A DNA stretch of 60,864 nucleotides, the filler included, from Platydemus manokwari (Eukaryota), in assembly GCA_037951405.1 (NCBI GenBank). It is 5 parts of 5 records of this genome, joined end to end, with 100 filler letters (N's around TTAATTAATTAA, not from the genome) between each part and the next. Parts side by side here need not be neighbours in the genome. Positions count along the whole stretch, not along the records: positions 1 to 17,478 come from JBBMOY011033300.1; 4 more parts are not named here. One strand, written 5' to 3'. The notes below the pieces were generated by a model, which searched no databases, was not told the DNA's origin, and saw only the letters and a program-made list of their open reading frames with translations. Both the position numbers and the translations under genes were made by a program. Below are positions 1-13,458 of the stretch, piece by piece; position 1 is the stretch's first letter, and each line of letters begins with the position of its first letter.

Positions 1-717
1 CGAAGGTGCAGTCAAATATGACAGAAATAATTTAAATATAAATAAATAAAAACTATCAAATTACAATTATTATTACAAATGTGCAATACAATAAATAATT
101 ATTAGTATGTCAAATGACCATGGCAAATTAGTTAGAGTTAACAACTATTGTTTTGTACGAATTTTAGAAGTCCCTTATGCAGAGAGCTGCAAGGTCCCAG
201 ATGTGAGTTGAAGATAGTTGGGACCTAATAGTAATAATTAAAAAATATTATTAATTGATTATATATAAAATATTTAATATTTGTATTTATAAAATGGTCT
301 TGCTCAAACCATTACTGTAATCTCTCAATTTGTTAAAAAATTATTAATCTTAATCTTAAATTGACTTGACAATTATATTTTCTTTGTTATTTTTGGCATC
401 CTACGCCTTTATTATTCTATTTCTATGATTATTAAACTATTATTTCTATTTTTAGATTTTAAAAAATATATTCATATTTGCACTCAGTTTCTATTTTTAT
501 GAGGGGCCTGGATCAACTATACGAAAATGTTGATAAGAATTGATTTTTTGTTGTCATTCATTTCGTTCATTTCACTTTGGAATTTGAATTAAACTAATAA
601 ATAGCGAATATCTGCACAACTATACGGCAATACAAAAAGAGAGAATTAATAGCTAAACATTATATATTGAAATTAATAAGGGTTATATGTTATAAATTCT
701 CTGTTTGAATGATGAGT

Positions 718-2500
718 TTACATGATTCTTTTATCGCTTTACAGAACGGACATTCGACTAAAATCGGATAGCATTTCCTACACACCAAATGACCGCACTT
801 CAATCTCACATCAATGATATCGGTAAAACAAATCTCACAGATCTAAACAACATGTTAATCAACTTTAAAAATCTCGTAAAAATTAACTTTTCGTATAACT
901 TCAACAATGTTTCTAACACAGTTTTCAGAGACCATTTGTTTCGAAATAAATCTCTTGAGTTTGATTTCATTTTTCCGGTTGACTTTAGAACTAGATTCTG
1001 TGATTTCGATTGGTTCAGTGTGATTGTGGATGGGGATATTTGTTTTAAATAATATGATTTTACGTAAATGATTTATTGGTTTATCCTAAATCAATAATTA
1101 CATATTTCATTGAAATGTATTTTAATAATCAAATATATGTTATTACATTACGAAACTGGCCAATATTCTCCAATAGCTTGGCAATCATAATAATCTTATA
1201 ATTGACAAAGAGCTGTAATAACATGTCTTTAAGGGTTTGGAAAGAAAAACATTGAAAAGCATAGAGAATCTGAAAATGGAAAAGAAAACAGTTTTCGTTT
1301 GGGTTTATGTGGAAAATAAAGTACTTCATTGGTTTCGAAATCTTTTCGATTCCGATGATGAAAATAATTGGCTGTATTCAAGCAATGGGTTTCAGTGGAC
1401 CAATCTTTATTAATGATGTTCTTTCGGACTCGCATGATATCGCTAGCACGGAAATCATTCGGTTGTTTCTGGACGTACTGTAATTTAATAAAAAAATTAT
1501 CAAATATATATCCATTGTTTATCAATAGCGAATTAACCGTATGGTTTAAGTTGGCAAAAATCAACATTTTTACAATATCAACATGCCCATTATAGCAAGC
1601 TAAATCAATCGGTGTTTGACCGGCCTTAATGATAATGATATATATTATCATTTGAATATAAATTTGTAACCCAATTCGGGACCAGTGTTTTACATGATCG
1701 AGCAATTAATAACTTTACAATCGATGTATGACCGTATGTACAGGCGAAATGAATTGGTCTGAAGAGATGCTGCAAACAATCTTATTTCCATTCGATAGGA
1801 ATTTGATGAAAAAGCTTACACAATCCTTTACTTCAATATTACAATTATGGGCCAATAACATTCTGACGATGTTGGTATTTCCATTCCTACAAGCTGCGTG
1901 TAATGGTTTTTCAGATCGCTAAACAAACGAATCATATCAATCGCTTAACAAATGGGTTAATTGCCTGATTTCGAGTCTCAACATTACAATTCTTGGATAA
2001 TAGTATTTTCACAATATCTTCATGACCATATTCACAGGCTAAATAAAGTGGTGTTCTCCCATGCTGTAGACCAATGTTCATTGGATATTAAATATAGTTT
2101 TTTACCAAATCACTATCTTCGATGTCACAATTTTTCGACAGTAACATCTCAACGATTAGTACGTACCCTTTCTCACATGCGATATGGATCGGTTTTTGAA
2201 GATACTTCACACAAATCAAATTATAATAGACCTTTTATAATTACTATTACCATGGCTCGAGCTTCGATATCGTAATTTTTCGATAACAATAATTTCACAA
2301 TTTCCGTATGTCCATGTTCGGTAGCCCAATGAATTGGCTTCTTGAAGGAAAATTTTCAACATTAAACTATGATTTGGTTTTTAACAAAAAATTTTTACTA
2401 TTTTTGCACCTTTTACGTCTCCATTTATAGTATGTATTAATTTAACAATAGCTCTGTGATCATTTTCGCAAGCATAACGAAGAATTTTACCTATAATCAT
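718..2500 (-). CDS. Ankyrin-repeat protein with C-terminal C3HC4 RING finger (putative E3 ubiquitin ligase), multi-exon
   Basis: Manual minus-strand translation gives ankyrin exons 2399-2500 (MIIGKILRYACENDHRAIVKLI), 2251-2340 (KPIHWATEHGHTEIVKLLL), 2106-2204, 1965-2063 (GRTPLYLACEYGHEDIVKILL), 1820-1918 (KPLHAACRNGNTNIVRMLL), 1671-1769 and 1538-1624 (GQTPIDLACYNGHVDIVKML). The last exon 718-842 reads ICEICFTDIIDVRLKCGHLVCRKCYPILVECPFCKAIKRIM* (RING-HC). The start codon and the middle exons (~890-1477) are less certain. Confidence 0.85.
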
Positions 2501-4048
2501 CTAATAAGGATGATTAACATTTTTCATAATCAAATTAAATAAAACGATTTATAAAATAAATAAATTAATTAATTGTTTCATTTAGCTAATCACCGATTTT
2601 TATACAAAATCTCAACCTTAGATCAAATTTAATTCAATAATAATAAATTCAAAAACTAATTTCGAGATAAGTTAAAAAAATTTAGTGTTTCGGTTAGCTC
2701 TAGAATCTTAAGATGAGGCAAAATGTTTGTTTAACTCCTTTTAGCCTTATTATTAATTATGGGCTATTTCGAATAAACTGTTTAGTTATTTAAATTAAAT
2801 ACATAATCAAATAGGATTAAGACTATTATCTTGTAAGAGTTATTATTAGTTCAATACTGTAAACCATATAATAAAATCCGTAATATGACATCGAATCATC
2901 CATTTAATTAGTTCGAGAAGAGATTCAAAAGACAGTTTGAAAGACGATAGATGAAATAATGACTTCATTAATTGCCACAAGAAATTAAAACATGTAAAAA
3001 TAATCAGTAAAATACACTAGAATGGGATGACTAATTACTACATTTAATTCTATTGTAAAGCGGAGTAGTTTTAGAATTAGTATCATTGGTTTATTTTAAC
3101 AAAAACGGTAACAAATATAATTATAACTAACTTACTTCATTAAATGATAATAATTCTTTAAATAAACAAACTTAATGGCATTTATTGAATATTCAACTAA
3201 TAATTTTTAAAAATTTTCTATTAATGATAATTTTTCGATAATTTTATGATAAAAATCTCAGTGATTATTATTAAAATATTTGAATTTCAATGATAAATTT
3301 AAATTATTTTATAATTTGTGTGGACAAATTTAATTGAATTTTAAAATAATAATTTTATTATTTTGAAATTCTTTTGAATAAACTAATTCATATGAATATT
3401 TGAATAATATTTTTAGTATTTATTAGTTGTTCAATTATTTTTGTAACAAAACCTATTTTATTTTAATAAACCTAATATTAGATCTTGCAAATATAGTAGA
3501 TAAAAAATTATTTTCAAATCATGAATTTCACTGTCAAAACTTCAAAATCTTGCTATTATCATCTATTTTTCTTATCGATATTGCAGAATTATGTTAAGTA
3601 AAAATCCTTTAAATTCTTAAGCTAAAACCGAGTATCTAATTTTTCAATAGGTTTTTAAATACACTAAAAATAAGTTATTAAAATAATGAATTGCAAGACC
3701 AATCCCTATCTAAAAATGTCTATCTAGGAAAACAATCGATTTAAATATAATTGCCAAAATTACATGGGAAGAAATTTCCATAAAATTAGAATTGTCAATA
3801 AAATTTTTATTTCAGATCTCCGATAAAAAAGCACTACTATAAAAACTTATTTTTAAATATTTTAAAAGCACTTTATATCTTTATTCTTAACACAAATAAC
3901 TTCCAACAAATTGTAAGTATAAAAATTCATTATTGGAAGCATAAATCAAATATTGATGAAAATAAAAAGGAATTAATTCTGAAATTGTATTTAATTACAC
4001 GAGAAAACTAGACAATTATTAGTTAAATTTATATTCAATGAAACATGA

Positions 4049-7000
4049 TTATTTTAAAGGATCATCAACATCAGCATCAAGAGTTTCGCCTTCAAATTTC
4101 GTAAAGTTGAGATAATGTGTTGGCCTATGCAACTTATGGTAATAATTTAATGGGACTGCCAACTTTATTTCATATTTGGAAGTTGATGACAACCGAACAC
4201 CATTAAAATTATAATTCCACGATCCAAATGTCGGTATCATGAAAAATCCTTGGAATTTATCTGACAACAACATTTGCACTTTTTCAAAATGACTTGTCTG
4301 ATAACCTTTAGGATTGATGGACTTGTCCTTCAGGGTCTTACCCCAATCAAACCCTCCGGGTGTCAATTTATAAGCACATAATGTCACTGAACCAGGAGTA
4401 AAGGAACAAGTCATAGCGATTGTTCTTTGACCATCTTTATCGGAAAATACTTTGGCATGAGTTGAAATATCTTGAGGTGATAGTTGCGGTGTTTCATTCG
4501 GTTGCGTGTGAATCCATCCTAAAGGTTCCAATTCATCCAAAATCTCATTAGATGGTAAATCATGTGAAAAATCGACATCTTGAGGAGTACCAGTTTGAGG
4601 TGGTAAAACAATACACCGAATTTCTTTAATTTGTGGTTTATCGGGAGGACTTATACCATAGAGAAAACCAGCTATCTGAGTTCTTAAATCTCCAATAACA
4701 ATGAACTTTTTCAAAATATTTTGTGGTAAAATATAAGTGTAAGCTCCGTCTTTTGACTCTTCATTACTAATATAAATGTTATTGGTACGTAAATGCAGAC
4801 TTGTAGCTGAAATAGCACGAATTCTCCACTCAGTTTTAGTCGTGAAATGTTGTGTTTCATAATTACTAGTTGTTGTAGTAATAATCTCATCACCATGCTT
4901 ATTAGTAGTTCTTGTTGTCGTAGCAGTCAATTGAGATTGTTCCTTATTTTGCTTCTCAATTTCAGCAATTTGCTGTCTTTGTTGTGAAGGAGCTGAAATT
5001 TCCATACCAAGAATAATATCTCTGATTTCGGATTGTGTTAAAGAAGCAATGTTTACATTATTTCTTTTTCCATAATCCAACAATATTAGATCTTTCAATT
5101 GATTTTCAACAGTACTCCATTGATCAGGGGTCAATGTTGGCCATATGTGATGGAGTTCAGTTATAACAGATTGATCTGGTTTTAAAATAACTTTAGCTCT
5201 ATCGTTGTTGACATGAAGAGCTCTCAAAATCAAAATAAGTCTCGAAAAAGCAGTATATGAACTAACTGAGTCTAACCAATCATCATAGAGATTATAAAGT
5301 ATCATCTGTGGTTCAGTTGCTTTCAATATCTGATCACCGAACTTTTCCACCTTCAAACAAGCTTGGAATGGTAATTGTAATTCACTTCCTTTGATGATAA
5401 TATTTGGAAAATCTAGCAAATGGACCTCAAGTGGATCCAACATACCTTTTCTGGTAACAATAATTTGCTTAGGTTGCTCCTCGACCGGTACAGATCTAAT
5501 TAAAGCTGCTACTTCCTCAGCTGTTTTCCATTTAGCCAGCTGCCCAAGACGTTTTTGACCCGACCATACAGATGTATGGATAATTTTTAAAAACAATTGA
5601 CCGGTTCTTGGATTGAATATAAATATAGCTCCATTAATTGGTTTGGTAGTCAAGTTACCTTCGAAAGTTTTATGTATAGTAACTCGGTAAACATTGGTGT
5701 CATCGACAAACCAAATAATCTGATTAGAGAATAATTCATTATAATTTTGAGAACTTAGATATGGCTCAGTTGGTTCACTAGAATATAATTGCAATGCCTT
5801 TCGAATACGTTCACGCAACACATACAATGCCGGGTTGGATTTCATTATTTTAGTCATGGCTGATGTCATTAATACTTTTAGACCCGGGAACCAATTACCG
5901 TAAGCCGATTGAATGTTATATGCTAAATCGATAGCAATCATAGCACCGGTAGGTGAGGGATAAATGGACATAGCATCATTAACATAATCACTGAATTTTG
6001 ATCGGGCATATCGTTCTATATCATGCGAATCATAATCTCCCCATCTTAACTGAACATCTATCCAGAACTTCTGTGTAGTTGTACCAACAGTCTTTTCAAC
6101 TGTATCAGCCAACAATGATGGTGTAGATACATTCCATCTATATGTTGCAAATAGTAGAATATCTGCACAACTCGAATTCATTTTGTAAGATTTTCTAGGA
6201 TGAATTGTTTCTTTTTGAACAGCATCGATTTCCAGTGAATCCAAATGTTGATCAAAAACTTGACATAGATCCATAACAACAGCTTCATGAATTTTTTGCC
6301 ATAAATGAGCTCGGAAAATTTGAATTAGCGAAATTTTCAATGTTGGAATTTTACCGTGCATAAAAATACCAGTTAAATCCAATTGAACCTGGAAACCGAC
6401 GTAAACATTAGCTCGATTAATAGTTGGTGACCACCACAGAGTAAATCGACGATTTGGAATTTGATTTAAACCAGATCTTTGGGCATTAGTCAATTTCTTA
6501 TATTTCATTGATTCTTCAAAACCACTGGCTTTTTCCCAAAACAAACCTTCCCATGTAGGGAAATAAGTACCTCTGAAAAGTGTATGTTCCAGAATACCTT
6601 CGACTCCACCGAGAGCTTGAATCATATCTGTTCGATAATTATTTAAATTCCATAATTTTCCGTCGTGTCTTTGATTTGTCCACCAGAATGGGTTTTGTTT
6701 CAAAACTTGATAAGTTTTGAAATGAGTTCGAACTCTCCAACCTCTATCATATTGCAAAGTATGACGGTCTTTTTGGAAGAGTGTATTTATTCGTGGAATA
6801 CCTTTATCCCAACTGTCTTCTAAATCTTCTAAAGTCAAACGTCTGTGTTGAGCAGCACTCTCTTCTCTTTTCTGAGCGAATTCAGCCCAAACCCTAAGCG
6901 ATTCCTTAAATTCTTGTTGCCAAGGAGTAATATACGGGAAAAGATTTGGAATAGCTTGGTCTGTGTCATGAGACATACCAGATCTGTAATGTGTAATTAC

Positions 7001-10000
7001 AGCATCTGTTTGTTGGGACCATTTCAAATCAGATTGTGGAATCAACACATGACCCATGGATACCATACCAAGACCTCCTAATTCTTTTGGCGTATAAAAT
7101 ACCACAGGTGGAAATCTAGCTGGCATTTTCGAATTCAATCCTATCTTGATACGTGTTTGAATTTTATTTTCACATTTAACAAGTAAATCTAAAAGTTCTG
7201 GTGTACCAAGAACTGCTTCTCTAAAATAAGTCATTAATCCAATCAAAGCAGTGTTCCATTTGTTGACAATCTTTGTAAATGTCGTTGATCCAGAAGCCAT
7301 TAAAATTTGTCTCACACGATTATGGAATTTCTGCATATGTTCATCATCAACACGTAAGAAACAAATGGCGGTTTTCTCTTTCGTATCTTCGTGTTGCAAT
7401 TCCCATTTGGCAGCATTGGATTGACTGCTACCTTCGGATAAATTAGAAATTATCGTTGGAACAATACGGCATTCGAAACCCGACATGCTGAAAAGAAGAT
7501 TTGGATTGTCTTTACTGAATACCGACACAAAACTGTTTTCCCATAAAATAGTTGTCATTGCTCGAGGTATACGATTTTTGATATCCCAGAAAACTGCTCT
7601 ACCAAGATTGACATCGTGTTTCATTAATCTCATTCTACAATCCCGAGGCCAACATTTTTTATTATTATAACCAACGATGTTTTCATTGTTTGGATCAGGA
7701 TTTTCATTTAAATATCTTTGAATTAATTCTCTTGCCTCTTCAGCCGTAAATCTGAAGAACATCCAAAATCGTTCAACATATCTTGTATAAAGACGAATTG
7801 GATGAGCAGTTTGAGCACTGACATCTTCAAATTGACAGAAAGCATTCGGTTCATTTGGTGGTCCAGCCATATCGGTAGCTCGTGATAAGCCCAACACCAA
7901 TAAATCAAGAATCAATCCATAATATTGGGTGATAAATGATGCAAATTGCAAGCCTCGAATGATACCGAACGAATGGGTATGTTGCATATCTTTAAAAGAA
8001 ATACGAACATTATTCTTAGCTGACATGTAATCCGCAATATTGTGATCCATAATTAAACGTAACAATCTATTCAAAAATGTCAAATCTATCTTTTCATACA
8101 TCTTTTCGAAGCTTGTTTCCAAAAGTACATTGCATTCACCATCAGCTGTGACCCATACATTCTAAATATTATAAAACACACATTAGTAATAAATCATGAA
8201 TATAAACGATATATAAAAGATATCAAAAATTGTTCACAATCAGTCAAAAGCTTGGTCTAAGAATCAGTCAAAATCTTGATAAGATCTTTGACAACATCTT
8301 ATTCAATTTCATGATATTGATTCAGACCCCTGCGATGTCATCATTTATTCAAGTTTAAAAACCAATAATAAATATATCAATAGTGACGGTTTCAAATACA
8401 TTAAAATATAAATAACATTTAATACATTTATTTGAATTATACCCAATAATAATTTAATAAATAATGGTTAATGGATTCAATAAATTATTAAAATTAAATT
8501 AATCCAATTATTATCACGTCTAAATTTAAATGTACCTCCAAATTGTTTATTCCTTGACACCATTTATACACCAACTGAGGTGGTGGTTCCTTGTCACTGG
8601 GCTTGATCCATGCAGGGAATAAATTTCTCTTCTCAGCTTCGTACCAGAGATATTGATCCAAATATGCATCGGTAATCTTTTCCAATGCATCGATTTCATA
8701 AACCGGAACGATATGACTATAGAGATCCATGAATTCAATTTTTACCTGAACATCGTTTATAAATTACTTAATTATAATTTACTTATTAATTATACTTCTT
8801 CAAAGTTTCTCGATGTAAGTAAATGTCTTTTGATACGACTAAGTGCCTCGTGAGGATTATCGTAAGATCTCTCAATAAATCCCAATTCTTCTCTTTGGCT
8901 ATGATTCAAACGATTTTTAACACTGAACGCTTCTTTCAATCTTTCCAATGCCAAAATGAGCAATTTTGTATCATGTTTATATGTTAATGGTGGAAATGGA
9001 ATTGGAGAATAACTTCGACTATCGAGCCAATGCACAGTAGCTACATAAATAGCCACACCTTCTTCATTCGATAAATATGGTCCATCTTTTAGATAATTAT
9101 TCTGTCTTTCTTGCTCAGATTTCAAATTCAATCTTGTCAATTGACCTAAATTCTTCTTACATACAGTTTTGTCTACCGTTGCTCCTCGCCTAATTCTTTC
9201 TCGATTATAATGAGCAGTTTTCGTCCACCAATCACTTTTGTTTTTGACATATCTCAATATCATATTTTCTATTGGGACTGGTAAATTAGGAACTTTCCAT
9301 GGAATATTAGCTTTCCAACATCTCCAGGCTTCACTCAAATGTTGCAATATGCATTTAGCTTTGGCTTGTTTGATTCCTTCTGGCATCATATCAATGATAT
9401 CGTGCAAAACTGAAGCTCTCAATTCCAAATCGTAATGTGATTCAACTCGTTGTTTCGTCACAGTTTTAGCAACACCTTTACTATGACGGCCTTCGAATTG
9501 TCTTGAAAGCAAATTACCAAGCCAACGTTCTAACAATGGTGTCACACCTCTCAAGAAAAACAGCCATACTCGCCACATAGGAGCCCAAAATCCCACACCA
9601 GGACCCTTTGTGACATTACCAGTGTTGAAGCGATAGTAAATCAAATGTTTCAAATCCTTACACATTCTAATCTGCCTCATCAGTTTATATTTATATCTGT
9701 ACATGCCAGTCAACTGACCAACATGGGAAAATATATATTGCAACCCATCAGCCAATTGGAAAGCATCGATATTTCCCAATCGATATTGAACGTGACAATC
9801 GACGACAAGTTTCGTGAATCTCAAAATTTCTCTCATCAAATGAAAAGCATTACCGAATCGGGATTTTTTCCTTTCTTTTGTTGTCAATGTTTTGACGGGT
9901 TTCAAATTGAAATTGTAATCCAAATGAAGATAGTTGAGGTTCTTACGATGAATAAGCAAATTCAACATATTGTGGCCCTGTTTACATACTTGCAAACCGG

Positions 10001-11440
10001 CTTCAACCCAATCCAATGTTGTGGTTTGGAAAAATTTCGTTGCTTTGAATGTTCGGAACAAATATTTTCGACGTTGATTTTTCGGTCGTTTATGTTTCAA
10101 GGCATTCAACACATAATATTTCAATAATTTTTGATACGAAACTCGTACTTTCACGGGCATACTGCTTGGACAGTGTTCTAAATACCAACTTTTCACTAAT
10201 GGAACATCAATTGCTCGTCTGCATCTTCCGGATCTAATATTGAATGGTCTTGGTGCCCATAATAAAGCGATTCCGTTAGCTGTGTTATCTGTATATAATG
10301 TTCGGTCGCTGAGCAAAGGCTTGAAATCAGCTGGCAATACAAAATCATCCATGAATGGATCATCATCGATTACAACATCAGGTTCAGAATGTTTCAAAGA
10401 AATGGGATTGATCAATGGATCAAAGTAAAATGCCGGTAAATCTGGATCTTCAGTTTTGATAAAAACTATGTTTGGTGTATGATACCAGGAAACATGAACC
10501 TGGAATGGATAGCTATTATATACATAAGGAAATGCTATTCTGTATTCAGTTCGAATCGGGTGACGGATAATAACTTTATTAATATCGTTGAACTCATTCC
10601 AGTCTTCATCTTCCAGGTTTCGATCTTTAACCAAAGGTTCAAATTTCGGACCTCCTGGTAATGCAACATTGAGAGCCTTAGCAGTATAAAACGATTTGAG
10701 ATTGAATAAATAAAAATAATTCTCGTCTAATATATCGGTTAATAAAGTATTTGCCAAACGATAAAGGTGTGACATTTGATTGAGTGAAAGATTCCATCGC
10801 CTATAAGTTTCACCGTTAACGTGCTTGGTATTAACAAGAGGTTTTGGATCATAAAACCAATCATAAATTCCCTTATCTTCATCGGTATCTAGTTCCATTT
10901 GGATAGGTTCCAAAGGTTCAACATCAAGAATATTATCCGCATAATCTAGAGGTGGTTCATCATCATCAAAAGCAGGAAATCGCATTCTTTTGAAATGTCT
11001 TCGATCTCGCTTTTCTCTTCGCATCATAATCCACATAGTAGCCCACTGAGCAATATAAACAGGTTCAATAACCCATGGGATTTCATTTACAAAAGTAATT
11101 GCACCAGTTATATGATAAACAGTTTTGACTTCTTTTATTTGTTCCCATGGCATAGGCATATTTTCCAACAATTTCATAATTGCATGCGGCATATATTTTA
11201 ATGATCCCAAATATACTCGTTTATCATGGCGAAATTTTCTGTTAGTCATGTCCCCATGATCACGGACAATCTTTCTGAGATGTTCTGGTGGCATATCTTC
11301 TTTTTGTGTATCTACAAATCCAAATTTTCGTTTTTCCGAGTAACGTTTCGAACGTAACTGTTGCCATTCTCGAGCTAAATTATCAAAATATAAAGCAAAA
11401 CACAATTTTCAAAGTTTATACCTTTCTCAGCAAGATTCAT
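4049..11440 (-). CDS. PRPF8: Pre-mRNA-processing-splicing factor 8 (U5 snRNP Prp8), complete, 4 exons, ~2306 aa
   Basis: Exons are 11422-11440 (MNLAEK), 8796-11374, 8536-8745 and 4049-8161, separated by GT-AG introns of 47, 50 and 374 nt with consistent phases. An in-frame TAA lies just upstream of the ATG. Hallmark motifs include [84 protein letters not shown] (RNase H-like) and [10 protein letters not shown] (Jab1/MPN). Confidence 0.98.
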
Positions 11441-13096
11441 TTTAATGAAAGCTTAAATTTGAAATCTACCTTTATTAAAACAAACTTAACTTATGTCGGA
11501 TTGTTTGAAACTTATGAATTTTTCTAAAAACTCTCAAAAACGGTAAAAAAAAACAATTAATAGTTAATTTTACACTATTTTTAATTTTCTTGAATTTAAA
11601 CTGTTCATGAGAATGAACAATTATGGAATAAAATAATTTGAAATTTAAACATATGACTCGTGATTGCATTTATAAATTAAATATATCATTTTTATTTTAA
11701 AAATAAATTATTGATACATAAAGTAAGATCTTTTCTTGTCTTTAGGTATAATTAGATATTTTTTATAAGGAACCATAATATATTAAGATTACTCGTTAAC
11801 ACATGATAAAATTTCTTATTACTAAAATAAATTTTGCATTGCTATTGTCACGTCTTTAACAACGATTTAACAAGCATTTTTTAAAAAAAACAGATAATTT
11901 CAATTTTAAAATTTGGTTTTTGATAATGAAGATCGAAATATTTTAAATGTCCATAAATAATTAATTTAATTAAATAACTGTGAAAATATAATTACCATTC
12001 TCAAATACTAATCAAAAGGAGAAAATATTCTGCTTAGTCGCACGATAAAGTAATTTATTTCATCATCTAACAAATCATTTGTCCAGAATGAAATCGTTGC
12101 ATGTAGAATTACTAATGAAGAGCTTTGTAACGAAATATTGTATCAGTTATCAATATTAATATTTCGAAACATTTCTCCTATTTAAAAAGAATGAATATGA
12201 TTCACACAAATGTCTAATTTAAACTTGAAATGAAACGAATGATTAGAAAACATTTCCCAGTGGCTGTGCAATTCAACAGTGGGTTCCTTGTGTTAATGTA
12301 GATTGATACAGTAATTTGTTAGATTATGTAGATAAAAATAATAATTCAAAGCGATTCTTTCGAATTAAATATAGTCCATATTTGTTATACATATTTACAA
12401 TTCTGATTTTATTGAAATTTCTTACAATTTTCCAGCCATCAAACAATTGTATTGATGCATGTTTACAATTTTCAACAACTGTTGTATTAAAATACCACAT
12501 TTAGAATCAACATGCACTGGATTTCATACTGAATAAGGAATCAGTGGAATCTTAATTAAGAAAACCGAACAAGTGATTAGATAATTGAAAGTGCGAGTTC
12601 AAATATTTTTGGAAAATGGGAAAAATCGTTGTACTCTGAAATGTCAATCGAGTTTCAGATTAATTTCTTGAAAATAGAGACAATATTGTGATAATAATAA
12701 ATGTCTACAGTAATTGTTTATGTGACAAAGTTACGATTTAAGCTCAATTGATAATGATCTCGATTACAATAGCAGTGAGTCCACCAAAGATATCCAGAAA
12801 AAAAAATTATTAATTTCATTTTGAAGAGATCAAAATAAAGATAAAGAATATTTAAATAATAATTATTAAAAAGAGGTTTAAATATGTAAAGTTATATAAA
12901 ATACGTTAAGTTTTTTAGATGTACTAAAGTTAACAATAATTAAACCTATATATATTATTTAAAAGTTTGTCTTCGATTTAAAAATAAATATAATTGATAA
13001 AATCCAGCAAATCATGCAAGCTCAAAACGAATTCTTCTAAAAATAGAACGTCATGCACATTGTTATGATGATCATTAAAGTTGAATGTTGGCCATC

Positions 13097-13398
13097 TTAA
13101 ACACTTCTTAAAAGTGGAGCTTCAACTACCAATGTTCCATCGATGAGATGGAAGGAGACAGACATCGGGTCGAGTGTTTCTGGAACTTCATAGTATCTTG
13201 AGAATTCTTTAAAGGAACTCGAATTAGCCGTTTTGGTTTCATGTCGTCCTTTAATATGAATTTTGTTCAATTCTGTATAAACACTGAAATCTGATGGCTC
13301 GTAATCTTTTTCAACTGGGATTTCCAAATGAATTTTCTTTCCATATATAGAATCATCCACTACTACTGGACCAGTTTGACCTAAAAATTTTAAAAATA

Positions 13399-13458
<60 letters not shown>

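Noticed and set aside
6500-6560. PRP8 intein at the fungal EKA/SGF insertion site
   Set aside because: The sequence reads [12 protein letters not shown] uninterrupted.
6845-11201. Plus-strand ORFs overlapping PRP8
   Set aside because: They are antisense shadows of the coding strand with no independent features.
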